From: Trypanosoma brucei
Taxonomy: Eukaryota
Direction of reading: 5' to 3'
DNA length: 64,000 bases
NCBI GenBank assembly: GCA_000002445.1
Contig: CH464491.1
Coordinates: 896,001 to 960,000 of the forward strand
Shown here: piece by piece, positions 50,248 to 60,525 of the stretch
How positions within the stretch are numbered: position 1 is the first letter of the stretch
Layout: every line of letters starts with the position of its first letter
Made by a program: the position numbers and the translations under genes
Notes under the pieces: generated by a model
The model's input: the letters and a program-made list of their open reading frames with translations, nothing else
What the model was told of the DNA's origin: nothing
Database searches by the model: none

Positions 50248-51679
50248 TTTTTTGCTTTGAACTATTACCATTATTATCATTATTACGTTGCCGTACCCTT
50301 CTCCCCTCCTTTTTTTTTACTTTTCACTTCATGAAGCGTGGGTGCAAGGTGATAATAATAGTAATAATGATAATATTGTTGAGAAATGAAAAAAAAAAGG
50401 ATGAGGCCGAGGGATTGACATGGAGAAAAGGAGGCAGAAATGGTGGTTATTGGGAACGGTAACGAACGGGTGAAGAGTTTGTTTTTTTTTTCGTGTTTTC
50501 ACTTCGTTTGTCTTTTTCACCGTTTCGTTCATACCATCATAGACAATTTTTCTTGTAAAAATAAATAAATAAAAAAGGTGTGGGCGGAGGAAAGGAAGGA
50601 AGGAATGGAAGGAAGGAAGGGATGGTTGGAGTAAAGGAAAGAGGGGGGAAAAAAAAAGAAGCACAGTTGAGAAAATATATACATTTTTTTTTGTTTTTTG
50701 TCTTTACTTTTTTCCCCCTTTTGCGTGTATGGAAGTGTGCGTTGAAATGTTGTTATTGTTGTTGTTCTTGTTTTTCTGCGGTGTGTGCTATTTTTTCTCC
50801 CTGTCCTCTCGCCCCTTCTTCTTTTCCCCTTTTTGAGAAGTAAAGAGTGAAAGGAATGACTTAATGAGAGAATGGGTTAAGAGAAAATGAAGTGATAATG
50901 TGGAAGATGAAAAAAGAGGAGCCAGTTGTGATCTTTGCATTTATACTTTACTTTTTCTTTGCGTGTGTGTGTATGTGTGTTTTTTTTTTTTTGGGGGGGG
51001 GGCGGGGGAAAGTTATATATTTGGAATTTTTTCCTATGGTGGTGTGGTGTAGTGGCTGCGTTTATGCTTGTTTTTTATTTATTTACTTTTCCCTAATGCA
51101 GAGGCGCACGCATGCATAATTACTGCTGTTGGTATTATGTGATGTGTGAAATGTCCGTCTTTAATTTGGGATTTGGTTGTATTTAGAGCGTATGCGGGAT
51201 GGCGGTTTAGCGAGGAACTGCGAAAGGTGGAAGAAAATTATGGGGGAAAAAAGGAAAAAAAAAAGGAGTACGTAAAAGAAAGAAAGGAAGACACTTGTAA
51301 GAATAATGAGTTTCGTTGCGGCACTAAAGGGGAAAGCCAAGGAAGGAACGGTGCATATAAACAAAGAAAAAGAAGAAAAGGAAGTGACGTTGGGGGCGTA
51401 AAGTTGTTTCCTCCACTTTACTTTACTTTTTCTTATTTTTTTTTTTTTACTTATGATTCTTATCTTTCTTTTCGTTATTTTCGACTCTGGTATGTTTTTC
51501 TTCTTTTTGACCCTTCCGCTCGCTGCGCTCCCCTCTCCCCTTCCCCGACCCCTTTTTTTTTGGGGGGGCTCTTCCTTGAACTCTAAGTGTTATCATCTTT
51601 ATATATTTACACTTCTGCACCTTCCTTCACCTTCAGCTTCACCTTCCCGCAACGCCGCCGCTGATGAGTTTGTCTGATG

Positions 51680-51711
51680 ATAATAATAATAATAATTATT
51701 ATTATTATTAT
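51680..51711. repeat. 32-nt perfect palindrome, (ATA)5A abutting its own reverse complement (TTA)5T
   Basis: ATAATAATAATAATAA|TTATTATTATTATTAT. The two halves are exact reverse complements, with the centre between 51695 and 51696. Confidence 0.9.
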
Positions 51712-51884
51712 TTCTTCCCTCTCCCACTTATTTCGCTCCTCTGTTTTCTTACACAGTGACCTTCCAATGATGTTGGTGCATCTTCAGAGACACTGCCGCA
51801 CCGCCGTCGTAGTTCCTCTGCTGAATTTTTATTTTTCAAATAATAAAGCAAGAAATAAGTTTGTAAGAATTTGTGATTGTTTAC

Positions 51885-51904
51885 ATATATATATATATAT
51901 ATAT
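51885..51904. repeat. (AT)10 microsatellite
   Basis: Read directly from the sequence. Confidence 0.9.
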
Positions 51905-51928
51905 CCGTAATGGTTGTTATTACTACCT

Positions 51929-51949
51929 TTGTTGTTGTTGTTGTTGTTG
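51929..51949. repeat. (TTG)7 microsatellite
   Basis: Read directly from the sequence. Confidence 0.9.
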
Positions 51950-52989
51950 TGGACAGAACAGGAGAGAATCAACCGAACAAAAATCCCCGAAGCTGAAAGA
52001 GAAACCAAACAAACAAACAAAAAAAAAAAGGAACTTCTTAAAACCTTCTTCCCCTCCGTTACATCTCATTTGCCATATCGGTGTGTGAAAGCACGGCTTT
52101 GCTACGATGCCCCGCCGTGTTTGTTTGTTTTTGTTTCATTTGGTCCGATGCATGGCTCTGATGAACTTCATTTTCTCTTCACATGCATACGTATCATATT
52201 CTTTTCTTTTACACTTTTCCCTCTTTTGTTCTTTCTTCATGTACGACTTGTGTGTCTTTCCCTTCTTTTCCCCGCCACCCTCATGCCTTTATTATTAAAT
52301 GACGCATGTGTACCAATGAAAGATGGAACTTGTTAGGTCGTTAGGTGAAGTTTTTCTTTTTTTTAAAAAAAAAAGAAAAAAAAAGAGAAAAAAATTTTCG
52401 AGCCATGGGAGAAGGCGTTTGATGTGTCGTGATGGGGAATGAGATGGAGGAATTGATGTGTGCGTGTGTGTGTTTGTGTGTGGCGTGCTCTTGTAATCTG
52501 AAGTTTAAATTTCAACCTTATGGCCATTGCGGTACTGATTTGGGTTTTTACCTCCCTCCCTCCCTCCCACTGTGTCAATCCTTTACATATTTATGTGTCA
52601 ATTTATTTATTTATTTGTTTGTTTATTTTTATTTATTTAATTTGCTGTTACTTTCATCCCGACATAATTTTGGACCTGTCGCCAATTGTGGTGTCCCCCC
52701 CAAAAAAAAATAAACATATTAATATTCATAAAGGAGAAGGGAAGGTTTTTGACATCAACGAAACTTAAAGGGAAAACAAGTCAACACGTGGAGAAAATTA
52801 AAGAGAAATAAGTGAAGCACAAGAAAAAGGGGAAAAAATAAAATAAAATAAAGAACTAACACAACATTTTCCTTAAAAAAAAAAAAAGGAATTCAAAGAA
52901 ATAGCAGTAGCAGAAGCAAAAGAAAAAGAAAAAAATAAAAAAAAAAGAAAAGCACCAAATACAATTATTATTTATCCACTTACGCATCA

Positions 52990-53406
52990 ATGGTTGAGGT
53001 ACCGCGTAATTTCCGTTTGTTGCAGGAACTTGAGGCGGGGGAAAAGGGAACAGGTGTAAGCCAAAGTGTCTCTATTGGCCTCAGTGGGATGGATGACATT
53101 TATATGCATAATTGGAATGGCACTATTCTCGGACCTCCCGGTACCACATTTGAGAATCGCATCCTCTCACTAGAAATTCACTGCGATGAACATTACCCCA
53201 AACGCCCGCCGAACATTAAGTTCATCAGCCGTGTGAACCTGCCGTGTGTGAGCAGTGATGGTACTGTTGATAAAAACAAGTTTGCCGTCTTCAAGACTTG
53301 GGATCGCAACTTCACAATGGCGCATTGTTTGATGGAACTCCGTCGGGAGATGTCGCTTCCAGCTAATAAAAAACTACCGCAACCGGAGGAGGGTTCAACG
53401 TATTGA
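52990..53406 (+). CDS. Ubiquitin-conjugating enzyme E2 variant (UEV1/MMS2-like; catalytically inactive partner of Ubc13)
   Basis: 138 aa. VPRNFRLLQELEAGEKG...WNGTILGPPGTTFENRILSLEIHCDEHYPKRPPNIKFISRVNLP...KTWDRNFTMAHCLMELRREM...KLPQPEEGSTY aligns along its whole length with UEV1/MMS2. It lacks the HPN plus catalytic Cys of active E2 enzymes. Confidence 0.88.
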   Translation: MVEVPRNFRLLQELEAGEKGTGVSQSVSIGLSGMDDIYMHNWNGTILGPPGTTFENRILSLEIHCDEHYPKRPPNIKFISRVNLPCVSSDGTVDKNKFAVFKTWDRNFTMAHCLMELRREMSLPANKKLPQPEEGSTY

Positions 53407-54897
53407 TGAGGCCGCCATTTGTTGTGATCGCTGGCCCTCTTTCTTTTTCTTTTTTTTTTCCTTTTCTTTTTTTTTTTCTTCACCTTTCTTCATTTGTTTG
53501 TTTTGTTTGTTTTTGGTTCAATTCCTTCCTTCCTTCCTCCCCTCCCCTCCCCTCTCCTCTCTATTTCTCTCCTCTTTCTTTCTTTTTCTAAAACCCTCTG
53601 CTACGACACTAAAACTATGATAATTATGATGGTAATAACTTTTAATTATTATTATTATTATTGCGATTATAGTTAATACTCTTATGTTCTCCTAAGTGTG
53701 TGTGCATGCGTTTTAAAAACAAAAAAAAAGGGGAAAGAAGGAGAAATGAAGTTAGAGCGGAAAAATAGGAGAAAAGTACGAGTCAACGTAAAAAAAAAAA
53801 GGAAGAAGAAACAGCACCAAATAAAAACGTGGGAGAAAAATGAAAAAAAAAAAGAAACAGAAACTGAAACTGACACAAGAAAATAATAAATTTTTTATTT
53901 GTAAAAAAGAATGAAGGAAAGAGGTAAATGTTAGGAGAGATTGGTTGGTAGGGCCATCATGTTGACAAGACAGAAAAGGCAAAAAAAAAACAAAGGGGGG
54001 CAGGAACAGAAATAAAGTAAAATGAGAAAAGGAGTTTTTTTTTTTTTTTTGAAAGAAAAAAAAGAAGAAAGGGAAAGGGATATGAGAGAGTGAATCGTAA
54101 TTATACACGGAAGTAAATAAAGGATGGAAGGAATTAATTGTGTGTGTGTTTTTTTTGTTGTTGTTGTTTTTTTGTTGAGGGGAGAGGAAGAAATAAAAAG
54201 AGAAGAATCAGAAGAAAAAGGGAAGAGAAAAAGAAAGTGGAAAGAGGGGAGTGTATAAGGAAGAGTTGCGAGGGAGTCATGCATCTATATATCCCATGCT
54301 GTGTGTTTCTTTTTTTTTTATTATTTGAAGGAGGGGGAAATAAAAACAACAATAACAACACTCATTACATGCGCACGCACAGGGACGACATGCGTTTGAA
54401 TTTGATATAAGAAGAAAGAATTGCTTGTGAAGAAGAAGGAATAGTGAACAGCGAACACCAATTTTTTTTTTCTAAAAAAAGAAAAAAAAAGGGACAAAAG
54501 GATGCATTGTTTTGAGGTTATGAGCGCCCGCCAATCCTAAACCCTCCATACTTTTAAAAAAAAAAATGATGTTTGAATGACGTCCATAACACATTTCTTC
54601 GAAAGCGAGGAGGAGGATAAAAGAGGATGAAATTGCTCAAAAAGAGTAAAAGGGATAAAAATGTATCATTTGAAATACTCCAGAAGTAACGCGGTATACC
54701 ATATAGGAAGCAGAATATATATATGGTATATGTTTTTCATGAAAGTTTCCTCTACTCTTCCAAAAAAAGAAAAAGAAGAAAAGAAAAAAAAAATCATAAC
54801 ATGAGCCTCAGAATGTTGCCGGACAAGTGAATGTACGTTTTTTTTTCTTTTTCTTCTTTTTTTTTTTCTTCTGTTCGACTTGATTTTGATATCTTCC

Positions 54898-54960
54898 ATA
54901 TATATATATATATATATGAGTGAGTGAGTGAGTGGGGGGGGAGGGAGGGAGGAAGGAAGG
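54898..54960. repeat. Compound microsatellite: (TA)10, then (GAGT)4, G8, (GGGA)n and (GGAA)n
   Basis: Read directly from the sequence. Confidence 0.9.
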
Positions 54961-55188
54961 GAGTTGAAGGCCCGTCACTACTTGTGTGGACGAGCGTTTA
55001 TGTACGAGTGTGCTTGTGTTTGTGTTTGTGTGTGTGTGTTTTTGTTTTTTTTTTTCGTTTGTCGGTGTTCGTGTTCGTCTTTGAAAAGGGGGAGGGGAGG
55101 AGTTGCTGATGTTTCTCTTAACTTTGCTTTATTCTTGGTTCTGCGTTACCCTGCTTAATAAAAAAAAACAATATGTGAAGAAGGGAAT

Positions 55189-55206
55189 TATATATATATA
55201 TATATA
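55189..55206. repeat. (TA)9 microsatellite
   Basis: Read directly from the sequence. Confidence 0.9.
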
Positions 55207-55862
55207 GAAGAAAGCAAAAACAAAAAAAGGAGCGAGATATAATTCTTCTGCTAGGGTGTTGCACTGTTCGTGAGTTCCCTCTTTTGTTCTTTTTTTTTGT
55301 TGTTGTTGTGAAGGTTGAGGAGTCAATTTGTAGGGACCACACGTATTGTCTCAATCTTCCATCTTTCCTTTCCTTTTTTGTGTGTGTTTTGTTCAGTATT
55401 TTATCTTTTTCCTTTTCACTCCACTGATTGCTCTTTTCTCTTTCCCTCTCTCTTGTAGTTGTTGTTTTGTCATATCAATGATAGATGAAAGGCAAGCTAA
55501 TAGAAAACATAAAACATGGCAGTCGGTGATATCAATGAGGTAACCTCTTTGTAAAGTCGGATGTATTGTTTTGATCCTGTGATTTGAATTATTATTTTCC
55601 TCAATGTCGGTTATATTATGAACATATGGGGGAGTGGAAGGTATACATAGGTGCAATTTGTGATGGTTTGTGTGAGAATATCACAAGCTTTCTAGCGGGT
55701 GCACTTCGTGGTCAGATGTTTTTTTTTCTTTTTCCTTGGGCTTCTTCACATCAACTGCAGGTGGTATTAGACGCTGCTGTTGAGATACTTGCGAGGATGC
55801 TGACGTGCAGAATTCCCCCAATAGCACAATATGTTGATTTGTTACTCTCTTCTATTCGACAG

Positions 55863-55886
55863 GTTTGTTTGTTTGTTTGTTTGTTT
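55863..55886. repeat. (GTTT)6 within the pyrimidine-rich leader upstream of the RagA-like ATG
   Basis: Read directly from the sequence. Confidence 0.9.
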
Positions 55887-55986
55887 TTCCTTGTTCCCGG
55901 TTTCCTCATTTGTCTTTCCTTTTCCTATACTGCTTTTCATATCCGAAATTATATTTGAACTTTTGCTGGCTAATCCTGTGAAGCTT

Positions 55987-57054
55987 ATGCACGAACAAAT
56001 CCAGAAGCTCCTCTTAATGGGCCCTGCGAGGGCGGGAAAGACCAGCATGCGGAGTATAATCTTTGATAACTATTTACCTCGCGACACACTACGACTGGCA
56101 ATAACAATATCGCATGAGGAAAGCCGTGTTCGGTTATTAAATAACATGTACGTGAACCTGTGGGACTGCGGCGGGCAACAGCAGTACGTAGCGGAATATT
56201 TGAATCGACAGAGAGAGTGCATATTTCGTAATGTTGGTGTGCTCTTATTTGTCTTTGATATCAGTAGCATGAGCCGCGAGGAGAGTGACGTGTTCGGGGG
56301 GAAAACTTCCGAACAGAACTTGAGAGATACGTTTCAGTACTTCCGTGAGGCAGTGCAGCATGTCCGTACGTACAGTCCACAGGCGAAGGTGTTTGTGCTA
56401 CTGCACAAAATGGATGTCATTCAACAGAAGTTGCGTAGCAGCATTTTTGAGTCGCGGAAAAGGGAAATACTGAAGGAAGTTGAAAACGTTGGTGGTTCCG
56501 GTGGTGACGTTCAATTCTTTGCCACTAGTATATACGATGACACGCTATATCTTGCTTACAGCAACATTGTGAGATCGCTTATTCCGCATTGTGATGTTCT
56601 GACGAGGGCGATGGAGAAGTTGCTTGTGTCTTGTAACGCCTCTGAAGTTGCGCTGTACGAGCGCGGTACCTTTCTTTGTTTGACATACGTTAGCAAAATT
56701 GACGCTGCTGCCGCTGATAATGGGAGTTTGATAGCTGAAGACGATGGCAGTAACAGGGGTGATCGCTGTTCGGGAACTGAATCGCGAACGACTAAAGTTA
56801 GTGAGACAGTGAAGCATTTTAAGTTGAGCTGCATGAATAATGCAACAAGTCTGGAAGGATACCAGATGACAACGACCACGTTTACGGCACTCCTTCATCC
56901 GTTTACGAGCTGTACGTATGTTCTCATCTTCTCCGAAGACACTAGTGTTAATGTTGAGCTTCACAGAATTAACGTGCTAAGCGCCAGGTGGAATTTTGAG
57001 CAGTTTCTTCTCTCAGGAGATAGCATCGCTGAGGAAATGCGTAAAGTGTTGTAG
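55987..57054 (+). CDS. Rag-family small GTPase, RagA/Gtr1-like
   Basis: The track ORF starts at 55831, but its first 52 codons translate a (GTTT)n/polypyrimidine tract. The ATG at 55987 ([29 protein letters not shown]) gives a protein that aligns from its first residue with RagA/Gtr1, whose N-terminus is [21 protein letters not shown]. The motifs WDCGGQ and HKMD, and the C-terminal roadblock region KHFKLSC, match the RagA pattern rather than RagC. Confidence 0.8.
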   Translation: [355 protein letters not shown]

Positions 57055-57354
57055 ACGCACAAGTACTGTTTCCTCTCTCTTCCTTCTGCACGGGTACGCT
57101 TGCGCGCTCTCTCAAAGGTTTCATTGAAATGCAGCGCAAGCTGTTATTGTTGTTGTTTTTCACACTTACCACTGTGCACATCTTTTTGCCAATTTCCTTT
57201 ACCATGCTCTCTTACCCCCCACCCCCTCCTCCCTCCTTGGTGGCTCATGTGTCACTTTGTGTGTGAGCATAATGAATTTTACATTTCATTATTTCTGGTC
57301 TCTTCCGGTCACTATCTCAACAATTCCTTATTTTCAACTTCCTTAAGAAGGTAA

Positions 57355-60300
57355 ATGTGCGGTGTGTCGGGGGTCGGTGGACATGACGTACCATTGCCTT
57401 CGCTCGTGACCTCCAGTGACAAGTGGCTTGTGTACGGCTGCGCTACCGACGCATTGGTTGTGTGTGCACTGAAGGATGAACTTCCCTCATCTTGTTCTTC
57501 TAACGCCGGTTCCACCGGAGGTGAGAGCGATTTTGTTCAAAATACATCTGTGGTATCGCTTCCCGCAGGTGAAGAGTTGTCTGTTGTTTGTATACATCCA
57601 GTAAAGGACCTTTTGTGCGTTGGGACTACGCTTAACGGCGTTTACCTGACGACGGCAGCGAACCCCAACTTTAGTGCCGGTGCAAAACTGTCCCTTCGAT
57701 TCAGCGGTATTGTCAGCCACTGTGCGTGTTTTGTTAATGGAGTAGAAGAGGGACATGACATATTGGTGATGTCGTGTTTGTTGGAGGAGGCACTAGTGGA
57801 ATGCCACAAACTGTTACTGTGGGACGTTTGTTCAAAAGCACTTCTTTGGCGGGGATGTACCGAAGCAATGGTCTCAATAACTGCTGTACCGGGAGTGGTT
57901 GGCTTTGCAAGCTGTTCGAGAAGGCACTTGCTAATGTGGTCTTTTCGTAACGGTGCCAGTAGTGCCTCTTCTTTAACTTCGACTGCCAACAGTGCTGTAG
58001 GGGCCGACGAAGACAGTGGTGGGACGATCACCGTTTTCAGTAAAACGTTCGCCGCTGTTGAGGAGCTGCATGATGTGGAGTATGTGTGCGTTGTCACTCC
58101 AGCCTCGTCGGCAGAGAAGTCGTTGACGGTTCTTACAACTAAGGGGTTCCTTGTCTCATTCAATCTCCATAGCGGTGAGCCACTCAAGTGGATGGACTGT
58201 AAAATTTCTTCAGTCACGTCAGCATACAGATGTGGAGGAGATATTGTGGTATGTGGCGGTCTTGTTCGTTTCTTCTCAGAGGACTGGGTGTTTCGTGGAA
58301 AGATCAGACCACCAGAGCACTCTCCTCATCCCGGGACACCCCATGCACCACATTCGACTGGTTTGACCTGCACAGGAGCTGCACCTTGTGGCGGTAACGC
58401 AATAGCTTTTTTCTTCACGGGAGGTGGTATCGTTAGATGCCGTATCGGGCGTTTGGGAGTTGAAGCAAAAATGTGTGACTCCGTAAGCACGTGCTCCAAG
58501 TTGACCTTTCATTGTGTGTACGAATATGTACCGATATCTCCGCATGATGCGCCTATTCAATTGTTGGCTCTGACGCCGGATGTGATATGCCTTCACTCGC
58601 GGCATCAGCTCCGATTGTATGGTACTCCTCTGTTGTTTAGTCGGGGCAACATGTCATTTGAGAGTACTTGCTGTGCGTATCATCGCGGTTTAGGCGTAAT
58701 TGCGATGTATGAATCTTCTGCCCACCAAATAGTTGCTGTAACACCGGGGTTGGAAAGGGTGTTATGTCGTTTGGGTTTGGAGGTGCCACTCACAGCCCTG
58801 ATCACCTTGGAAGATAACCAATTTGTAGGTTTGTCGGCCGCTAATACAATTATTTACCTTGAGGGACAGTGGGGGGAAGATATGCAGCACTTTTCCCTGC
58901 GGTTATTGCGAATACAACGTTTTGCGGAACTCAAGACGCCGTTCACGCATCTGGCATACTCAGCAGGTGTGTTGCATGTCGCCTCCTCCCGTGAGGTTGT
59001 TAACTTGCATACAGGGCACATTACTAGCTTCAACGATGATATCATTGCCCTAATTCCGGCCAGCGGCGGCGCATTGCTTGTAGTACACACTCACTCATGT
59101 ATTTTCTTGAGTCCTAGCGGGGTGACACCTGTTGGTTTCCCGTTCCTTGAGGCCGACTTGCGTGGTGCTGCGTCGTCCCTGGGCAGAAGGTACGTGGCGC
59201 TCTACAATGAAGGAAATGTGCATGTTGTTGAACTAAGCAGCGGTAAGCGCGTCAAGCATATCAGCGCCCAACGTGGTGCGAGCGGGGCCTCCCCAACTAC
59301 AATTAGATGTGTTGGATTCACAGCGGATGACAGCAGTATTGTGGTGTGTGATTCGAGAGGGGTTCTGGAGGTGCACGGCTTTGAGGGCACGGGGCTGATA
59401 TCACCCGGTATTTATGGTGATGCCACTTCGGCAGACGACACAAATACGAATCGCTTTTCTAGAGAAAGCAGTTGTTCCAGCAGTAGGCGTGCAAAGCAGC
59501 TCGATGGGCCCACGAGCACTGAGTTGCAGAACCGCTTCAAAGATTTACATGGTTTCTACGAGGCGTCCCGACGCGTGGCAACGGAACGAAAAGCTTACAA
59601 ACTGCCCGAGAGACATTCAAAGTTTGCAAGCAGCACTGGTACCAACTCATCATCAGGACGATCTACTCCAAGCCCACCAACGTCGGCCAACAGGAGTAGT
59701 GGGAAAAACGCGTTCCGTGTCCAAGACGGGGATGAGGGTTTGCTGCCAACGCCCAAAAAGTCGCCGTATCCAGCCCGGCGCTGGAAAGCAGCTGATGTGC
59801 CGGCAAGCTTACTTAATGTTGGTGCTGGTGGAAACGAAATTCTTGTTTCAGCTTCTTTAGTTGAAGTTTCGGCATTGACTTCCATAGATTCAAAACATAA
59901 CGATCTCAGTAGCGTGCTGGAAGGCGGAGCAGCCGCCTTATCGTGGGCAGTAAATGACATTCCACGCGACAGCGGAAAATGCAGGGTCCCGGACTCTCCC
60001 GCTTACGTTTTGCAGAGTCCTACACGGAAGGGAGAACCTTTGTTGAGCCCAATGAAAGTACCTGAGGACGACGTGGTAAACGTTGACTCGTTTGATCGCG
60101 TTGACCCGCGGCGGATCGAACGGCTACACTCACAGACTGCAGGGCACGATGACCCCACAGCGCTGCAGTGCCATCGTACAAATTCGTCTGACGGCATCGC
60201 GTCTCTGCGCGCAAGGTCGCTGGATATACGCGATGGGCTCAAAGAACTTGCTGATGCGTACGAGCGTCTCGGTGAAGAAGATGGGGATGATGTGGATGAG

Positions 60301-60525
60301 ACGACCATGGAAGAAATGTTCTCCACTGTAAGTCGACTCTATACAAGATTGCAGTCTCGTCAAAGCCGCCGCTCGAATAGCAGCTGTAGTTTCGCGAGTG
60401 ATCAGTCTTCGGCGTCGATCAACGCTATGCTCGCGAACCTACAGCTTCTGCAATGCCAAAATAGTCGTATAGAGGCCCAGAACCGCGAGATCCTGTCGAA
60501 ACTTAGCTCTGCGAACGGTCGATAA
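57355..60525 (+). CDS. Hypothetical protein, 1,056 aa. It has a possible N-terminal beta-propeller-like region, a Ser-rich disordered middle and a C-terminal coiled coil.
   Basis: It is a long uninterrupted ORF in the same orientation as its neighbours, starting at an ATG at 57355. The composition is not low-complexity in the N-terminal ~600 aa. I recognise no family. Confidence 0.55.
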   Translation: MCGVSGVGGHDVPLPSLVTSSDKWLVYGCATDALVVCALKDELPSSCSSNAGSTGGESDFVQNTSVVSLPAGEELSVVCIHPVKDLLCVGTTLNGVYLTTAANPNFSAGAKLSLRFSGIVSHCACFVNGVEEGHDILVMSCLLEEALVECHKLLLWDVCSKALLWRGCTEAMVSITAVPGVVGFASCSRRHLLMWSFRNGASSASSLTSTANSAVGADEDSGGTITVFSKTFAAVEELHDVEYVCVVTPASSAEKSLTVLTTKGFLVSFNLHSGEPLKWMDCKISSVTSAYRCGGDIVVCGGLVRFFSEDWVFRGKIRPPEHSPHPGTPHAPHSTGLTCTGAAPCGGNAIAFFFTGGGIVRCRIGRLGVEAKMCDSVSTCSKLTFHCVYEYVPISPHDAPIQLLALTPDVICLHSRHQLRLYGTPLLFSRGNMSFESTCCAYHRGLGVIAMYESSAHQIVAVTPGLERVLCRLGLEVPLTALITLEDNQFVGLSAANTIIYLEGQWGEDMQHFSLRLLRIQRFAELKTPFTHLAYSAGVLHVASSREVVNLHTGHITSFNDDIIALIPASGGALLVVHTHSCIFLSPSGVTPVGFPFLEADLRGAASSLGRRYVALYNEGNVHVVELSSGKRVKHISAQRGASGASPTTIRCVGFTADDSSIVVCDSRGVLEVHGFEGTGLISPGIYGDATSADDTNTNRFSRESSCSSSRRAKQLDGPTSTELQNRFKDLHGFYEASRRVATERKAYKLPERHSKFASSTGTNSSSGRSTPSPPTSANRSSGKNAFRVQDGDEGLLPTPKKSPYPARRWKAADVPASLLNVGAGGNEILVSASLVEVSALTSIDSKHNDLSSVLEGGAAALSWAVNDIPRDSGKCRVPDSPAYVLQSPTRKGEPLLSPMKVPEDDVVNVDSFDRVDPRRIERLHSQTAGHDDPTALQCHRTNSSDGIASLRARSLDIRDGLKELADAYERLGEEDGDDVDETTMEEMFSTVSRLYTRLQSRQSRRSNSSCSFASDQSSASINAMLANLQLLQCQNSRIEAQNREILSKLSSANGR

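Noticed and set aside
51146-52336. Two 140-146-aa ORFs in the 4.3-kb intergenic interval
   Set aside because: Both are translations of purine-rich (K, E and G runs) or pyrimidine-rich (F, L and S runs) low-complexity sequence. Neither has a plausible start context or a recognisable domain.
55831-55986. N-terminal 52-codon extension of the RagA-like ORF
   Set aside because: It translates a (GTTT)6 plus polypyrimidine tract (LFVCLFVCFSLFPVSSFVFPFPILLF). The conserved Rag N-terminus begins exactly at the next ATG (55987). I take this region as the splice-acceptor or 5' UTR region instead.
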